Source: Gammaproteobacteria bacterium
Lineage (GTDB): Bacteria; Pseudomonadota; Gammaproteobacteria; JBCCGL01
Direction of reading: 5' to 3'
NCBI GenBank assembly: GCA_965277715.1
Contig: OZ255836.1
Coordinates: 3,712,001 to 3,776,000, forward strand
Length of the DNA: 64,000 nucleotides
Position numbers and translations under genes: made by a program. The notes under the pieces were generated by a model. The model worked only from the letters and a program-made list of their open reading frames with translations. It did not search any database and was not told the origin of the DNA. Shown piece after piece: positions 1-10,407 of this stretch (positions are counted from its first letter, which is position 1; each line of letters starts with the position of its first letter).

Positions 1-119
1 ATATCAATCTGGATATCGCCGCTGTTGCGGCCCACACGAATAATGTCGTGCCGGTCAGCCAGTGCGTTGATCGCTGTTTGGCCTACGGCACCACTTGCGC
101 CTATAACAATAATTTTCAT
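1..119 (-). CDS. Short-chain dehydrogenase/reductase, 5' part only (runs off the window start)
   Basis: Hand translation from ATG at 119 gives MKIIVIGASGAVGQTAINALADRHDIIRVGRNSGDIQID, a Rossmann GxSGxxG start. Not in the ORF track. Confidence 0.8.
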   Translation of the reverse strand, partial: MKIIVIGASGAVGQTAINALADRHDIIRVGRNSGDIQID

Positions 120-318
120 TTTATCTTTCTCAGTTTGTGAATGTCTTTATCGAAATGACTGTATATCACTACCTTCCTGGCGTGCACGAGTGAACAGTAA
201 AGCATCCGTTATAAATAATATAGTAGCGGCTCAGGATATATTGCCTCGATAGCGTTTACTTATTTCACGTCTGCTACAATCACTCAATTTTTAGCAGGCA
301 ATAGGCAGCCACACTCTG

Positions 319-1263
319 ATGAATCAACTCGAACAACTGCAACAGTTCACTACACTGGTCGCCGATACGGGTGATATAGAGGCAATCCGCCAATACACAC
401 CAGAGGATGCGACTACCAATCCCTCGCTGCTGTTAAAAGCCGTGAACCTGCCTCACTACGCAATACAATTGCAGCACGCTCAGCACTATGCGAAAACACA
501 GGGGGGCGATACACAGACACAGTTGGCAAATGCCACCGATAAGCTGGCTGTGCTGATTGGTCAGGAGATTTTGCGCATTATACCTGGCCGCGTTTCCACC
601 GAGGTGGATGCCCGTTTATCGTTTGATCGGCAGGCCAGTATTGATAAGGCACGAAAATTAATCGATTTGTACGAGCGCGATGGCGTTGAGCGCCAGCGCA
701 TCCTGATTAAAATTGCCGCCACCTGGGAAGGTATCCAGGCGGCTGCACAACTGGAAAAGGAAGGTATCAATTGCAACCTGACGTTATTGTTTAGCTTTGC
801 GCAGGCACAGGCATGTGCCTGCGCGGGGGTCTTTTTAATTTCCCCCTTTGTGGGGCGTATTTACGATTGGTATAAAAAAGCCGAAGGTGTCGATGGCTAT
901 GCACCCACACAAGACCCGGGTGTGCTATCGGTACAGCGCATTTTCAGTTACTACAAAACCCACGGTTTTCATACAGTCGTCATGGGGGCGAGCTTTCGCA
1001 ACACCGATCAAATCCGCCAGTTATCCGGTTGCGACCGGCTGACTATTAGCCCGGCGCTGATGCAGTCGCTGGCAGAAGCGGATGCACCTGTGCCTCGTGT
1101 GCTCAATGCGGCAAACGCATCATCTGTGGATAATCGCTGTGCGCTCGATGAAAATGCGTTTCGCTGGGGACACAATGATGATGCCATGGCCACTGAAAAA
1201 CTGGCTGAGGGAATCCGTTTGTTTGCGGCGGATCAGGTGAAACTTGAGTCTGTACTGTCCTGA
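319..1263 (+). CDS. tal: Transaldolase
   Basis: [49 protein letters not shown] and MGASFRN motifs. Confidence 0.97.
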   Translation: MNQLEQLQQFTTLVADTGDIEAIRQYTPEDATTNPSLLLKAVNLPHYAIQLQHAQHYAKTQGGDTQTQLANATDKLAVLIGQEILRIIPGRVSTEVDARLSFDRQASIDKARKLIDLYERDGVERQRILIKIAATWEGIQAAAQLEKEGINCNLTLLFSFAQAQACACAGVFLISPFVGRIYDWYKKAEGVDGYAPTQDPGVLSVQRIFSYYKTHGFHTVVMGASFRNTDQIRQLSGCDRLTISPALMQSLAEADAPVPRVLNAANASSVDNRCALDENAFRWGHNDDAMATEKLAEGIRLFAADQVKLESVLS

Positions 1264-1457
1264 AAGGGCTTATCAATTGCCGAGTGTATACAGAGAGTCT
1301 GTATCGCCTGCCCTGCCGGAAAATGGCAATTTGCGTCGAATTAATAGTGAGTTAATGCCTTGTCTGGCGCAGGATACCCGGTAACCTATGGGTGTTCGTA
1401 TTCCGACAGGATTGTCTGTCCACTGTTATTTAATCTCTGTTGATGGAGGGTGAATCA

Positions 1458-2498
1458 ATGAAATTTCAACTCGTAATTAATATGGAGCGTTTCAGCCCCA
1501 GCGATGATATGCGCCAGTTAGAGCGCGATATCCTTGAAATGGTACAGCTCGCCGACACGGGTGGCTTTGAGGTGGTCTGGGCCGCTGAACACCATGCCTT
1601 GGAGTTGACTATTGCCCCCAACCCCTTTCAGCAGCTTACCTGGTGGGCGGCACACACTGATCGCGTCAAGCTGGGTACAGCGGTGGTGGTGGCGCCCTAT
1701 TGGCATCCCATCAGATTGGCGGGTGAAGCGGCCTTGTGCGATTTATACAGCGGTGGTCGTTTGCAGCTAGGCATCGGCTCGGGGGCTTACCAGCGTGAGT
1801 TTGACCGTATGACCAGTGGCCTTTTGCAGAGCGAAGGCTATAAATATATGCACGAGATGCTGCCTGTGTTAAAAGCACTCTGGCAGGGCGATTATGCACA
1901 CGATGGCGAGTACTGGCAGTTCCCAACCTCAACCTCTGTACCCAAGCCGGTTCAAGACCCCCATCCACCTATCTGGGTGGCTGCGCGTGCACCGATTACC
2001 TTCGACTGGGCAGTGGAGAATAGCTGCAATATTATGACCTGGGCATTAACCCGCCCCTTTGCAGAAGTGGAGACTTATCTGCAGCGTTTTGCCGATGCTC
2101 TGGCAAAAGCGCCAGACAAACCGCGCCCCGCTTTCTCGACCATGCGCTATACCTGTGTCGTCGAAAACGAGCGGGATGTGCAGATACCGCTGGATGCCAC
2201 GCTGGCACAAACGGGCCGCTTTGAAAACCTGTTTAAAAATCTGGGTGATGTTAAGCAGGGGTTTGCCGAGGGAATTGACCTGGCGACACTAAAAAGCCGG
2301 GAGGAATTTGACTCTGAGGCGATACTGGAAAACCTGATTTTTGGTACACCTGAGCAGGTTATTGGCAAATTGTGTCGCTATCAGGACGCGGGCATTGATC
2401 AGTTTATCTATAACAGCAGTTACGGTTTGGGCATTGCCCACCAAAAGAAATCGTTGAAATTGTTTGTCGATGAAGTGATGCCTGCATTTGCCGGGTAA
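1458..2498 (+). CDS. LLM-class (luciferase-like) flavin-dependent monooxygenase
   Basis: WAAEHH, LGTAVVVAPYWHPIRLAGE and PKPVQDPHPPIWVAA motifs. GGAGG RBS before ATG 1458. Confidence 0.9.
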   Translation: MKFQLVINMERFSPSDDMRQLERDILEMVQLADTGGFEVVWAAEHHALELTIAPNPFQQLTWWAAHTDRVKLGTAVVVAPYWHPIRLAGEAALCDLYSGGRLQLGIGSGAYQREFDRMTSGLLQSEGYKYMHEMLPVLKALWQGDYAHDGEYWQFPTSTSVPKPVQDPHPPIWVAARAPITFDWAVENSCNIMTWALTRPFAEVETYLQRFADALAKAPDKPRPAFSTMRYTCVVENERDVQIPLDATLAQTGRFENLFKNLGDVKQGFAEGIDLATLKSREEFDSEAILENLIFGTPEQVIGKLCRYQDAGIDQFIYNSSYGLGIAHQKKSLKLFVDEVMPAFAG

Positions 2499-2510
2499 CC
2501 GTTATCCAGA

Positions 2511-2548
2511 CCCCATGTATTAACTTGCACACAAGCTAATACATGGGG
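2511..2548. repeat. Palindromic intergenic repeat family A, copy 1
   Basis: CCCCATGTATTAACTTGCACACAAGCTAATACATGGGG. Its reverse complement matches the core of the copies at 20566, 33156 and 44490. Confidence 0.85.
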
Positions 2549-2816
2549 GTTAGCCAATGGCAAGGGTTTAACGGCGCGGCTGGGTCTAGAGAGCAGATTT
2601 TTGCGCCTGCAAATCGTGCACTTCCACCTTCTATACCTCTCAATCTGTTAGCAAAACGATGAACCAATAGTAAAATCGTCTGAAGTGGTTTTGAATATCT
2701 GTGCTGGCCCGCAGAATGAACCTAGGGTCGAGGGCTTTTCGGCGTGAAAGGAAAGAAAGGGCTTATACCACAGTGTGAATCGACTGACGCGTATCTGGCA
2801 TAATGCGCACTTTTGA

Positions 2817-3392
2817 GTGCGGCCAGCCGTGAAGACAAAAGACATCGTTTATATCGCTCTGTTTGCCGCATTAACCGCCGCGCTTGGCTTGTTTCCACCG
2901 ATTACCGTACCGATTGCGGCGGGCGTGCCGATTACGGCGCAATCGATGGGGGTGATGCTGGCGGGCGGTATCCTCGGTGCGCGGCGCGGCGCGTTGGCCA
3001 TGCTGCTATTTTTGGCGCTGCTTGCGATTGGTCTGCCGCTGCTCGCCGGTGGGCGGGGTGGTCTGGGTATCTTCGCCGGGCCGAGTGGGGGGTTTCTGTT
3101 CGGCTGGGTATTGGCGGCTGGGGTCGTCGGTTGGCTCACCGGGTGCTTTTGGGCAAAGCTCAACCTGGCTTATGCGTGTCTGTTTAACACCATCGGGGGT
3201 ATTGGTGTGGTGTATGCCCTCGGTATTCCCTGGCTGCATTTTGCCACTGAAATGACACTGATTGATGCCGCTACCGCCGCCGCTGTCTTTATACCTGGTG
3301 ATATAGTAAAGGCCCTGGTGGCGGCGATGGTGATTGTCACGGTGAAGCGCGCTTACCCTTTATTTAACTTAAAACCCGTATCGCCAAACTGA
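2817..3392 (+). CDS. bioY: Biotin ECF transporter S component BioY
   Basis: VPITAQSMGVMLAGGILG, GLPLLAGGRGG, GPSGGFLFG and FIPGDIVK motifs. Confidence 0.93.
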   Translation: MRPAVKTKDIVYIALFAALTAALGLFPPITVPIAAGVPITAQSMGVMLAGGILGARRGALAMLLFLALLAIGLPLLAGGRGGLGIFAGPSGGFLFGWVLAAGVVGWLTGCFWAKLNLAYACLFNTIGGIGVVYALGIPWLHFATEMTLIDAATAAAVFIPGDIVKALVAAMVIVTVKRAYPLFNLKPVSPN

Positions 3393-3422
3393 TGTTGAAA
3401 ACGCACGCTGATGGAGTAGCCG

Positions 3423-4106
3423 GTGAATAAACAACCGGTTATCGAGCTACGCGACGTCCAGTTTTTGGTTGACGATAAACCGCTCCTGCAAGACATTACC
3501 CTGAACCTGCACGAGCGGCGCATCGCCCTGATCGGTGCCAATGGCTCTGGTAAAAGCACCTTTGCCCGCCTGCTCAATGGTCTGTTAGTCCCCACTCAGG
3601 GAGACGTATTGGTCGATGGCCTGAACACCCGCCAGCACGGCAGGGCGGTGCGCCAAAAAGTCGGCTTTGTGTTTCAAAACCCGGATAACCAAATCGTCTT
3701 TCCCAGTGTTGAGGAAGACCTGGCGTTTGGTTTGAAAAACCTCAACCTGGAAAAAGCTGATATCGAACAGCGCATCGACGCGATACTGGCGCGCTGTGGC
3801 CTAAGCGGTTTTCGCCAGCGCCTGATTCACTCGTTAAGTGGCGGTGAAAAACAATTAATCGCCGTGGCCGGTGTGCTGGTGATGGCACCGCATACCATCG
3901 TGCTCGATGAACCGACCACCCTGCTCGATTTGCGCAATACCCGGCGCATTGCCGAAATGCTCGCCGCCCTTGAACAGCAGGTGATTCTGGTGACCCACGA
4001 TCTGGATTTGATCGGTGAATTTGACCGCGTGCTGTGTTTTGCCGATGGCCGCATCGTGCGGGATGGCCCCCCCGGCAGCGTTATCGATGACTACCGCCGC
4101 CAATGA
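3423..4106 (+). CDS. bioM: ECF transporter ATPase (BioM)
   Basis: [24 protein letters not shown] and LDEPT motifs. Follows bioY. Confidence 0.88.
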   Translation: MNKQPVIELRDVQFLVDDKPLLQDITLNLHERRIALIGANGSGKSTFARLLNGLLVPTQGDVLVDGLNTRQHGRAVRQKVGFVFQNPDNQIVFPSVEEDLAFGLKNLNLEKADIEQRIDAILARCGLSGFRQRLIHSLSGGEKQLIAVAGVLVMAPHTIVLDEPTTLLDLRNTRRIAEMLAALEQQVILVTHDLDLIGEFDRVLCFADGRIVRDGPPGSVIDDYRRQ

Positions 4107-4744
4107 ACAGTGGCTTTTACCACCCCGGTGTATCGCCGCTGCACCAGTGCTTCCCCGGCCTGAAAATACTGGCTTTACTCCTGGTGTGCTGCGCTGTGTT
4201 TATCGTCGATCACATCGTCGTTATTGCCTTGGTCGCAGTGCTCGTATGCGCCTTGTACTGCATGGCAAAAATACCCCTATCGGTTGCGCTCCGGCAAATA
4301 CGCCCGGTATTGGTGTTTTTGGGTATTATTTTTATCTTGCAGGGCGTGTTGGTCGATTGGCCGGTCGCGATTAAGGTTGTGGTGCGTTTTGGTACGCTGA
4401 TTTTTGCGGCAGCACTGCTTACCCTAACCACCCGCTCTGCGGATATGCTCGACGCCCTGGAGCTCGGTTTAAAACCACTGGCGTGGCTGGGGTTAAACAC
4501 CGGTAAAATAAGCCTGGCGCTGTCACTGGCGATTCGCTTTATCCCAATCATTGCTGGAGTAACCCAGGAAGTGCGCGAGGCGCAACGGGTGCGGGGGCGT
4601 GAACGCAGCGTCTTCGCGGTGGCAGTGCCGACCCTGATACGCACCCTGAAAATGGCAGATGACATTGCCGATGCCATTGATGCGCGGGGCTATGACCCTG
4701 ATCGCTCTAATAATCCCGTGGCCAGTAAGCCGCGTGGCGGGTAA
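4103..4744 (+). CDS. bioN: ECF transporter T component (BioN)
   Basis: Hydrophobic protein with LAIRFIP, EAQRVRG and AIDARGY motifs. ATGA overlap with bioM. Confidence 0.88.
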   Translation: MNSGFYHPGVSPLHQCFPGLKILALLLVCCAVFIVDHIVVIALVAVLVCALYCMAKIPLSVALRQIRPVLVFLGIIFILQGVLVDWPVAIKVVVRFGTLIFAAALLTLTTRSADMLDALELGLKPLAWLGLNTGKISLALSLAIRFIPIIAGVTQEVREAQRVRGRERSVFAVAVPTLIRTLKMADDIADAIDARGYDPDRSNNPVASKPRGG

Positions 4745-4749
4745 ATCCA

Positions 4750-6204
4750 GTGGCAGATAGATACGACAACCTGGCACTGGTATTCGAGTCACACAACATC
4801 ACCCGGGATGAACTGGAAAAACAGCTCAACCGCCTGTCCGCCTGGTTGCGCATACGCGTCAATACAGGGGCACAAATCGCCCTATACCTGCCCAATTCAC
4901 CCGCACTGGTGCTATTTTTTCTGGCGGGTGTGCGGGCCGGGTGTGAAATGCAGGTGTTTGACCACCAATGGCCAGCGGCCACGGTATCGGGCCTGTTGGC
5001 AAAGCTCTCCCCGGCGCTGTTAATCACCGATCAGGCAATCGGTGGCGATCAGGCAATCGTTGTGTGTGATGCGCCTTATCAGGGATTTAATGATATAGCT
5101 AATCAAGTGGGCGCTGCACAGCAGGCCACGCCGCAACCAGCCCCAGCACCCAATACCGTGTTTTATACCGGCTTCACCTCCGGTTCTACCGGCACGCCAA
5201 AAGGCTTCCGGCGCACCTACGCCTCCTGGCTGGCCAGCTTTAAACATGACCAGGCCGAATGCCCTCTGTACGCCGACGACCGCATCATCGCCCCCGGTGC
5301 GCTTTCGCATTCACTGTTTCTATACGCCCTGCTACGCGGCGTACATGCAGGCATCCCCGTTATCATCTGCCGACGGTTTTCAGCGCACAATGTCGCACGG
5401 GTCATCGCGCTTCACGGCGCTACGGTGTTATATAGCGTGCCCGCACAAATAGGCACATTGATCCAGTTGCCCGCCACCCATTACACCTCTGTACGACGGG
5501 TATTTTCCTCCGGGGCGAAGTGGCCCCCGCAGTGGCGGGCGGTATTCGATAAGGTTTTTTGTCACGCCGAATTGTGCGAGTTTTACGGTGCTTCAGAATT
5601 GAGCTTTGTGGCGATTGCCAAAGCCTCAGAATCTCCCCCGGCACAATCCGTTGGGCGGGCTTTTCGGGGCGTGACGATACGTATCAAAGATGCCCGTGGC
5701 AACGACTTGCCCGCAGGGGAAACCGGGCAGGTGTTTGTCGAGAGCGATATGGTATTTTTGGGGTATGCCGGTGAGCGCTGTGTTGATGGTGTACACACAG
5801 CGCTGACGGTGGGGGATAGGGGGTATCTGGATAACAGAGGTTTCCTGTTTTTACATGGGCGGGTGGACCGGATGATCGTCTCCTCGGGTAAGAATATATA
5901 CCCGGAGGAGATCGAGCAGGTGTTGCTGGTGCATCCCGGTATCGATTGTGCGGCGGTGATTGGCGTTGACGATGACAAGCGAGGGCAGCGTTTGGTCGCC
6001 GTGGTCAAGGGCAAATCGGAAACCAGAATTTGCCGGGCAGATTTACTGACACATTGTCGTAATTCATTACCGCCTTATAAAGTGCCGAGGGTTTATGCTG
6101 TTTGTGAAACCTGGCCACTTACGCGGTCTGGGAAGACAGACAACCTGAAAATCACTGAGGCCTGGCATAACAATAAAACATCACTGTTGAAATTGATGGT
6201 ATGA
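4750..6204 (+). CDS. AMP-binding acyl-CoA synthetase (YhfT-like)
   Basis: FTSGSTGTPKG, FYGASE, GDRG, GRVDRMIVSSGKNIYPEEIE and PLTRSGK motifs. Confidence 0.9.
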   Translation: MADRYDNLALVFESHNITRDELEKQLNRLSAWLRIRVNTGAQIALYLPNSPALVLFFLAGVRAGCEMQVFDHQWPAATVSGLLAKLSPALLITDQAIGGDQAIVVCDAPYQGFNDIANQVGAAQQATPQPAPAPNTVFYTGFTSGSTGTPKGFRRTYASWLASFKHDQAECPLYADDRIIAPGALSHSLFLYALLRGVHAGIPVIICRRFSAHNVARVIALHGATVLYSVPAQIGTLIQLPATHYTSVRRVFSSGAKWPPQWRAVFDKVFCHAELCEFYGASELSFVAIAKASESPPAQSVGRAFRGVTIRIKDARGNDLPAGETGQVFVESDMVFLGYAGERCVDGVHTALTVGDRGYLDNRGFLFLHGRVDRMIVSSGKNIYPEEIEQVLLVHPGIDCAAVIGVDDDKRGQRLVAVVKGKSETRICRADLLTHCRNSLPPYKVPRVYAVCETWPLTRSGKTDNLKITEAWHNNKTSLLKLMV

Positions 6205-7334
6205 ACAAAGCCTACATCGTTGCCGCCAAGCGCACCCCCGTCGCCTCGCGCAACGGCGCGCTCGCCCACTACCCGGTGATTGAACTGGGTGCACGGGTCA
6301 TTGATGCCGCCATACAACAGGCGGGCTTATCCGCCGGGCAAGTGGATAGCGTGATCATGGGTAACGCCCTCTACGCGGGCGGCAATCCCGCCCGCCTGGC
6401 CGCGTTGTCGGCGGGTATTCCCGCGTGTGCCGCTGCGATGACCATCGACACCCAGTGCTGCTCTGGGCTGGATGCCATTAACACCGCCTGCCAGATGGTG
6501 CAATCCGGCGCGGCACACGTCGTCGTTGCCGGTGGTCTGGAGAGCTACAGCCGCGCCCCGATAAGGCAAACCCGCCCATTAAATAAACACGACACCCCTA
6601 TTACTTACCAGCGCCCGCCTTTCACCCCCTGGCCAGCGCGTGATCCAGATATGCTCGACGCCGCTGCCGGGCTGGCCCGGCAGCGGCGTATCTCTCGCCA
6701 GGCGCAGGAGTGCTTTGCGGTGGATAGTCATGCAAAGGCGCGGCGGGTGGGTGCCCGAGAAGGTGAATTGGTGGCATTCGATGAACTGTCGGCAGACAGC
6801 TTTACCCGCAACCTGAATGAAAAAGTCTGCGCACGGGCGCCGGTGATCCGAGGTGATACATTGAGTGGGCTGACACCGACCACCGTAGCGGTGGAAGCCG
6901 ATGCGGCGGCAGTGGTGGTAGTGGTGAGTGAATCGATGTTGCCACAGATTCGTGGTGTGGTTCGCCCGGTAAGCGCACTGCCTGGTTTTTCTGTCGGCGC
7001 TGACCCGGAAATGCCCTCACTTGCGCCGATTGCAGCAGTTGAAAAAGTGTTATTACAACAAATGGTTGCGCCAGATGAATTGGTTGCTGTGGAAGTAATG
7101 GAAGCTTTTGCCGTGCAGGCGATGGTGTGTATTGATGCGTGTGGGTTTGATCGGGCTGTGGTTAATCGTGGGGGTGGAGCCTTGGCGCGGGGGCATCCCG
7201 TCGGGGCTTCCGGGGCGGTTTTGGCAGTGCGGTTGTGGTGGGAATTACAGCGGGAAGCTGTTGGAGGGTATGGATTGGCGACTATTGCGGCGGCTGGGGG
7301 GCTGGGGTCGGCTTTGCTGTGGCGGGTGGTTTAA
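6201..7334 (+). CDS. Thiolase family protein (YhfS-like)
   Basis: AKRTP, IDTQCCSGL, EAFA and GGALARGHPVGASG motifs. The C-terminal CxGGG reads AAAGG. Confidence 0.9.
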   Translation: MNKAYIVAAKRTPVASRNGALAHYPVIELGARVIDAAIQQAGLSAGQVDSVIMGNALYAGGNPARLAALSAGIPACAAAMTIDTQCCSGLDAINTACQMVQSGAAHVVVAGGLESYSRAPIRQTRPLNKHDTPITYQRPPFTPWPARDPDMLDAAAGLARQRRISRQAQECFAVDSHAKARRVGAREGELVAFDELSADSFTRNLNEKVCARAPVIRGDTLSGLTPTTVAVEADAAAVVVVVSESMLPQIRGVVRPVSALPGFSVGADPEMPSLAPIAAVEKVLLQQMVAPDELVAVEVMEAFAVQAMVCIDACGFDRAVVNRGGGALARGHPVGASGAVLAVRLWWELQREAVGGYGLATIAAAGGLGSALLWRVV

Positions 7335-7363
7335 TTGTAATTTAATGTAACAAATCCATAAAC

Positions 7364-7456
7364 CTAACAGGCTGCCTGCGTGCGATCTTCTATCACATCC
7401 AATACACGCCTTGCATCGATATCATTGATGAGCGTCACATAGTCATAGTTTCTCAC
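7364..7456 (-). pseudogene. ISL3-family transposase relic
   Basis: Hand translation VRNYDYVTLINDIDARRVLDVIEDRTQAAC* resembles the YVT..D.D..RVLDV.E.R segment of ISL3 transposases. Confidence 0.55.
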
Positions 7457-7573
7457 TTAAATTGCGTACAAGTTATTCAATAAGATGCCGGTCGAAGAGA
7501 TTGACACTGTAATGTATGATTTTGACAAAATGTGTCATTTTTCTGTAGCATAGGATTGTTTTTTTCTCCTGAG

Positions 7574-7882
7574 ATGAAAACCCTTATGGCATCAACAAAA
7601 AAGCGGCTTGTTTTAGAGCTTGACCCGAGCGAACACAATGCGATCAAAGCCCAGGCCTCCCTGGTGGGAGTGCCCATGCGGCAATATGTGTTGGATTGCA
7701 TACGAATGAAAGATCGACGTTTTATGCCGGATAATCAGCATTCCGTTCCGCCAGTAAGCCGGAAGATTGACCGGGAAAAAGTGGATAGGTACTGCCAGGT
7801 TCTCCGCGAGTCTATGGAAAAAGAGGCGACCTCTACCGATCATGGGGATTTACTCTATGACGAGTTTGGACTTTCAAAATGA
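7574..7882 (+). CDS. vapB: VapB-type antitoxin
   Basis: RHH-like N terminus and C-terminal LLYDEFGL. ATGA overlap with the PIN toxin. The start may be 7586. Confidence 0.75.
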   Translation: MKTLMASTKKRLVLELDPSEHNAIKAQASLVGVPMRQYVLDCIRMKDRRFMPDNQHSVPPVSRKIDREKVDRYCQVLRESMEKEATSTDHGDLLYDEFGLSK

Positions 7883-8289
7883 TTGTCGATACCTCTGTGC
7901 TTTTGGCGGTGGTGCTCGGTGAAGAGGAAAAGGATGTATTTCTGCAGGCGTTTGAAAATAATGCACATACCAAAATGTCTGTGGCTTCATACTTAGAGGT
8001 GCACCTACGCATACTGCGTGATGATAGCCCTGTGCTCAAAGAAACACTCCAAAACCTTGTCTCCAGCCTCTCTATTGAGCTTGAACCGGTAACCATTGAG
8101 CAGATAAACATGGCTATCGATGCCTTTAATCGATATGGCAAGGGGCGCGGCCATCCGGCGCAGTTGAATTATGGCGATTGTTTTACCTATGCGCTTGCCA
8201 AGTCATACAGTAAACCGCTTTTGTTTAAAGGAAATGATTTTTCCCATACGGATTTATGGCTGCATGAAGCGTCGTCTCATCGACGATAA
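7879..8289 (+). CDS. vapC: VapC PIN-domain toxin
   Basis: MIVDTS, RYGKGRGHPAQLNYGDCFTYALAK and LLFKGNDF motifs. Confidence 0.93.
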   Translation: MIVDTSVLLAVVLGEEEKDVFLQAFENNAHTKMSVASYLEVHLRILRDDSPVLKETLQNLVSSLSIELEPVTIEQINMAIDAFNRYGKGRGHPAQLNYGDCFTYALAKSYSKPLLFKGNDFSHTDLWLHEASSHRR

Positions 8290-8506
8290 GCCCATCATTT
8301 TTCTACTTAGGCATCGACGAAGCGGTTCGATTGTTGAAAAATACACGTTCTGCCTTTACCAGCGAGGCGCTTGGCAACGCCATTTAGCAGTATCGCAAGG
8401 GGTATCAAAAAAGGCCGGTTACGGATAATGCGTTGTCACTCTGGGAAGAGGGTGCCTGAAAATATTTGAGTGTTGATCAGTTAACTGAAATTTTTAGAGT
8501 AACTAA

Positions 8507-9625
8507 GTGACGAATGAAAAACTCAGTGTCGCCTTAATTAAGGGCGATGGTATTGGCATCGATGTCAGTGATGCCACGGTCGCGGTTGTCGATGCCGCGT
8601 TGAGCGCCTGTGGTGCTGGTGCGCTGCACTACCGTGAAATACAGGCCGGCGCGGGCCTGTTCGATGAAACGGGGCGTGATATTGAACCCGGTGGTGAGCA
8701 AGCCGCAGGCGAGGCTGATGCGATCTTTTTGGGTGCGATAGGCCTGCCCAGCGTGCGTTATGCCGACGGCACGGAAATTTCACCGCACCTGCGTCTGCGT
8801 GAACGCTACCAGCTCTATGCGGGTGTGCGACCAGTGAGGGCTTACCCTAACGCACCGCAGCCGCTGGCTGATGCCCGGTCTGCCGATATTGATTTCGTTG
8901 TTTTGCGTGAATCGACCGAAGGGCTGTTTTATTCGGCGGCGGTGCATAAGCGCGATTTGATTGCCAACGATAAGGAAGTGCGCGATGAGTTGCGCATTAC
9001 CCGCTCGACCACCGAGAAACTTCACCACTTTGGTTTTCGTCTGGCGGAAAAGCGCCAATCCCGAGGTGGCCCAGGTCGATTGACCTGTGTGGATAAGGCC
9101 AATGTGTTTCGCTCGATGGCGTTTTTTCGGCAGATATTTGATGAAGTTGCCCAGCAGTATCCGCAGATTGAAACACGCTATAACTACGTCGATGCACAGG
9201 CGCTGGATCTTATTCGCAAACCCTGGGAGTGCGATGTGCTGGTGATGGAAAATATGTTTGGCGATATCCTGTCTGACCTGGCGGGTGCTTTGGTAGGGGG
9301 TATGGGTATGGCGGCCTGTGCAGAAATTGGTGATGACACCGGCTTGTTCCAGCCCGCTCACGGCAGCGCGCCGGATATTATGGGGCAGGATAAAGCCAAC
9401 CCGCTGGCCGCTATTTTGAGTGGTGCTTTGATGCTCGACTATTTGGCGGAGAAAACCGCTAAGCCTTTACTTGCCGAGGCCAGCACGTTGATCGATGATG
9501 CCGTGTACCGGGGCTTCTCCGAGGGGCGTATCAGGCCCATGGAGTTCGGCGGTGATATGGGGACATTGGCAGTGGCTGAGGCAGTGCGCAATCTGGTGCT
9601 CGACACCAATACCCGACGGGGGTGA
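8507..9625 (+). CDS. Isocitrate/isopropylmalate/tartrate dehydrogenase family protein
   Basis: GDGIG, RESTEG, VDKANV, NMFGDILSDL and HGSAPDI motifs. Confidence 0.9.
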   Translation: MTNEKLSVALIKGDGIGIDVSDATVAVVDAALSACGAGALHYREIQAGAGLFDETGRDIEPGGEQAAGEADAIFLGAIGLPSVRYADGTEISPHLRLRERYQLYAGVRPVRAYPNAPQPLADARSADIDFVVLRESTEGLFYSAAVHKRDLIANDKEVRDELRITRSTTEKLHHFGFRLAEKRQSRGGPGRLTCVDKANVFRSMAFFRQIFDEVAQQYPQIETRYNYVDAQALDLIRKPWECDVLVMENMFGDILSDLAGALVGGMGMAACAEIGDDTGLFQPAHGSAPDIMGQDKANPLAAILSGALMLDYLAEKTAKPLLAEASTLIDDAVYRGFSEGRIRPMEFGGDMGTLAVAEAVRNLVLDTNTRRG

Positions 9626-9628
9626 TGT

Positions 9629-9913
9629 ATGTATGTTGTATTAGTTGAATTTTCGGTACACAAAGAAAAGCACCTGGATTTTCTTCAACGTGTGCGACAG
9701 CAGGCGCGGGATTCATTGGCGCTAGAGGCGGCCTGCCAGGTCTTTGATGTGTGCCACGATCCGCACGACGATAGCCGCGTGGTGCTCTACGAAGTGTACG
9801 ACAATGAAGCGGCGTTTAAGCTGCACTTACAGAGTGACCACTTCAAGGCGTTTGACGCGGATGTGCGCGATTGGATCGTGAATAAAGTGGTGTCCTTGTT
9901 GCAGCGAGACTAG
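9629..9913 (+). CDS. ABM-domain protein (putative quinol monooxygenase, LsrG-like)
   Basis: 94 aa with FDV..D, LYEVY and F..HL.S.HF pattern. Confidence 0.85.
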   Translation: MYVVLVEFSVHKEKHLDFLQRVRQQARDSLALEAACQVFDVCHDPHDDSRVVLYEVYDNEAAFKLHLQSDHFKAFDADVRDWIVNKVVSLLQRD

Positions 9914-9936
9914 TGGGTTACACCCCTTGAGTAAGC

Positions 9937-10407
9937 GTGGCTGACATGCCTATTACCCTATCAACACCCCAACAACTCAGCTCACTCTGCGGGCGGGCAA
10001 TCCCCACTGAGATGACCATTCCCATCACACAAACACTGATCGATGGTTTTTGTGCCATTAGCGGTGACCACCAGGCTATCCACAAAGCCACCGGTGAAGT
10101 CGGCTTATCTATCGCACCGGGCAATTTGCTGGTCACCTTGATTCCCCGCCTGGTGCAGAGTGCATTCACCGTGCAGACGTATGAAAAATGCCTTATCGCG
10201 AAGTACCGTTCGGTGCGTTTTTTGCGCCCGGTGTTTGTCGGTGAGTCGATTGGTATGCGCCTGTTTGTCGATAAAGTAAAAACCCTGAATGACAAGACCT
10301 GGGTGGAAATAACTTGTCATCTCAATAGCGATAACATTACAGTAGCGACCGCAACGCTAAGTGATATTTACTATCACACCCAACCCATCGGCACCAATCT
10401 GGAGTGA
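9937..10407 (+). CDS. MaoC-like dehydratase
   Basis: FCAISGDHQAIH, IAPG and VRFLRPVFVG motifs. Confidence 0.8.
   Translation: MADMPITLSTPQQLSSLCGRAIPTEMTIPITQTLIDGFCAISGDHQAIHKATGEVGLSIAPGNLLVTLIPRLVQSAFTVQTYEKCLIAKYRSVRFLRPVFVGESIGMRLFVDKVKTLNDKTWVEITCHLNSDNITVATATLSDIYYHTQPIGTNLE

Noticed and set aside
2600-2816. BirA or BioR operator upstream of bioY
   Set aside because: No convincing palindrome matching either consensus by eye.
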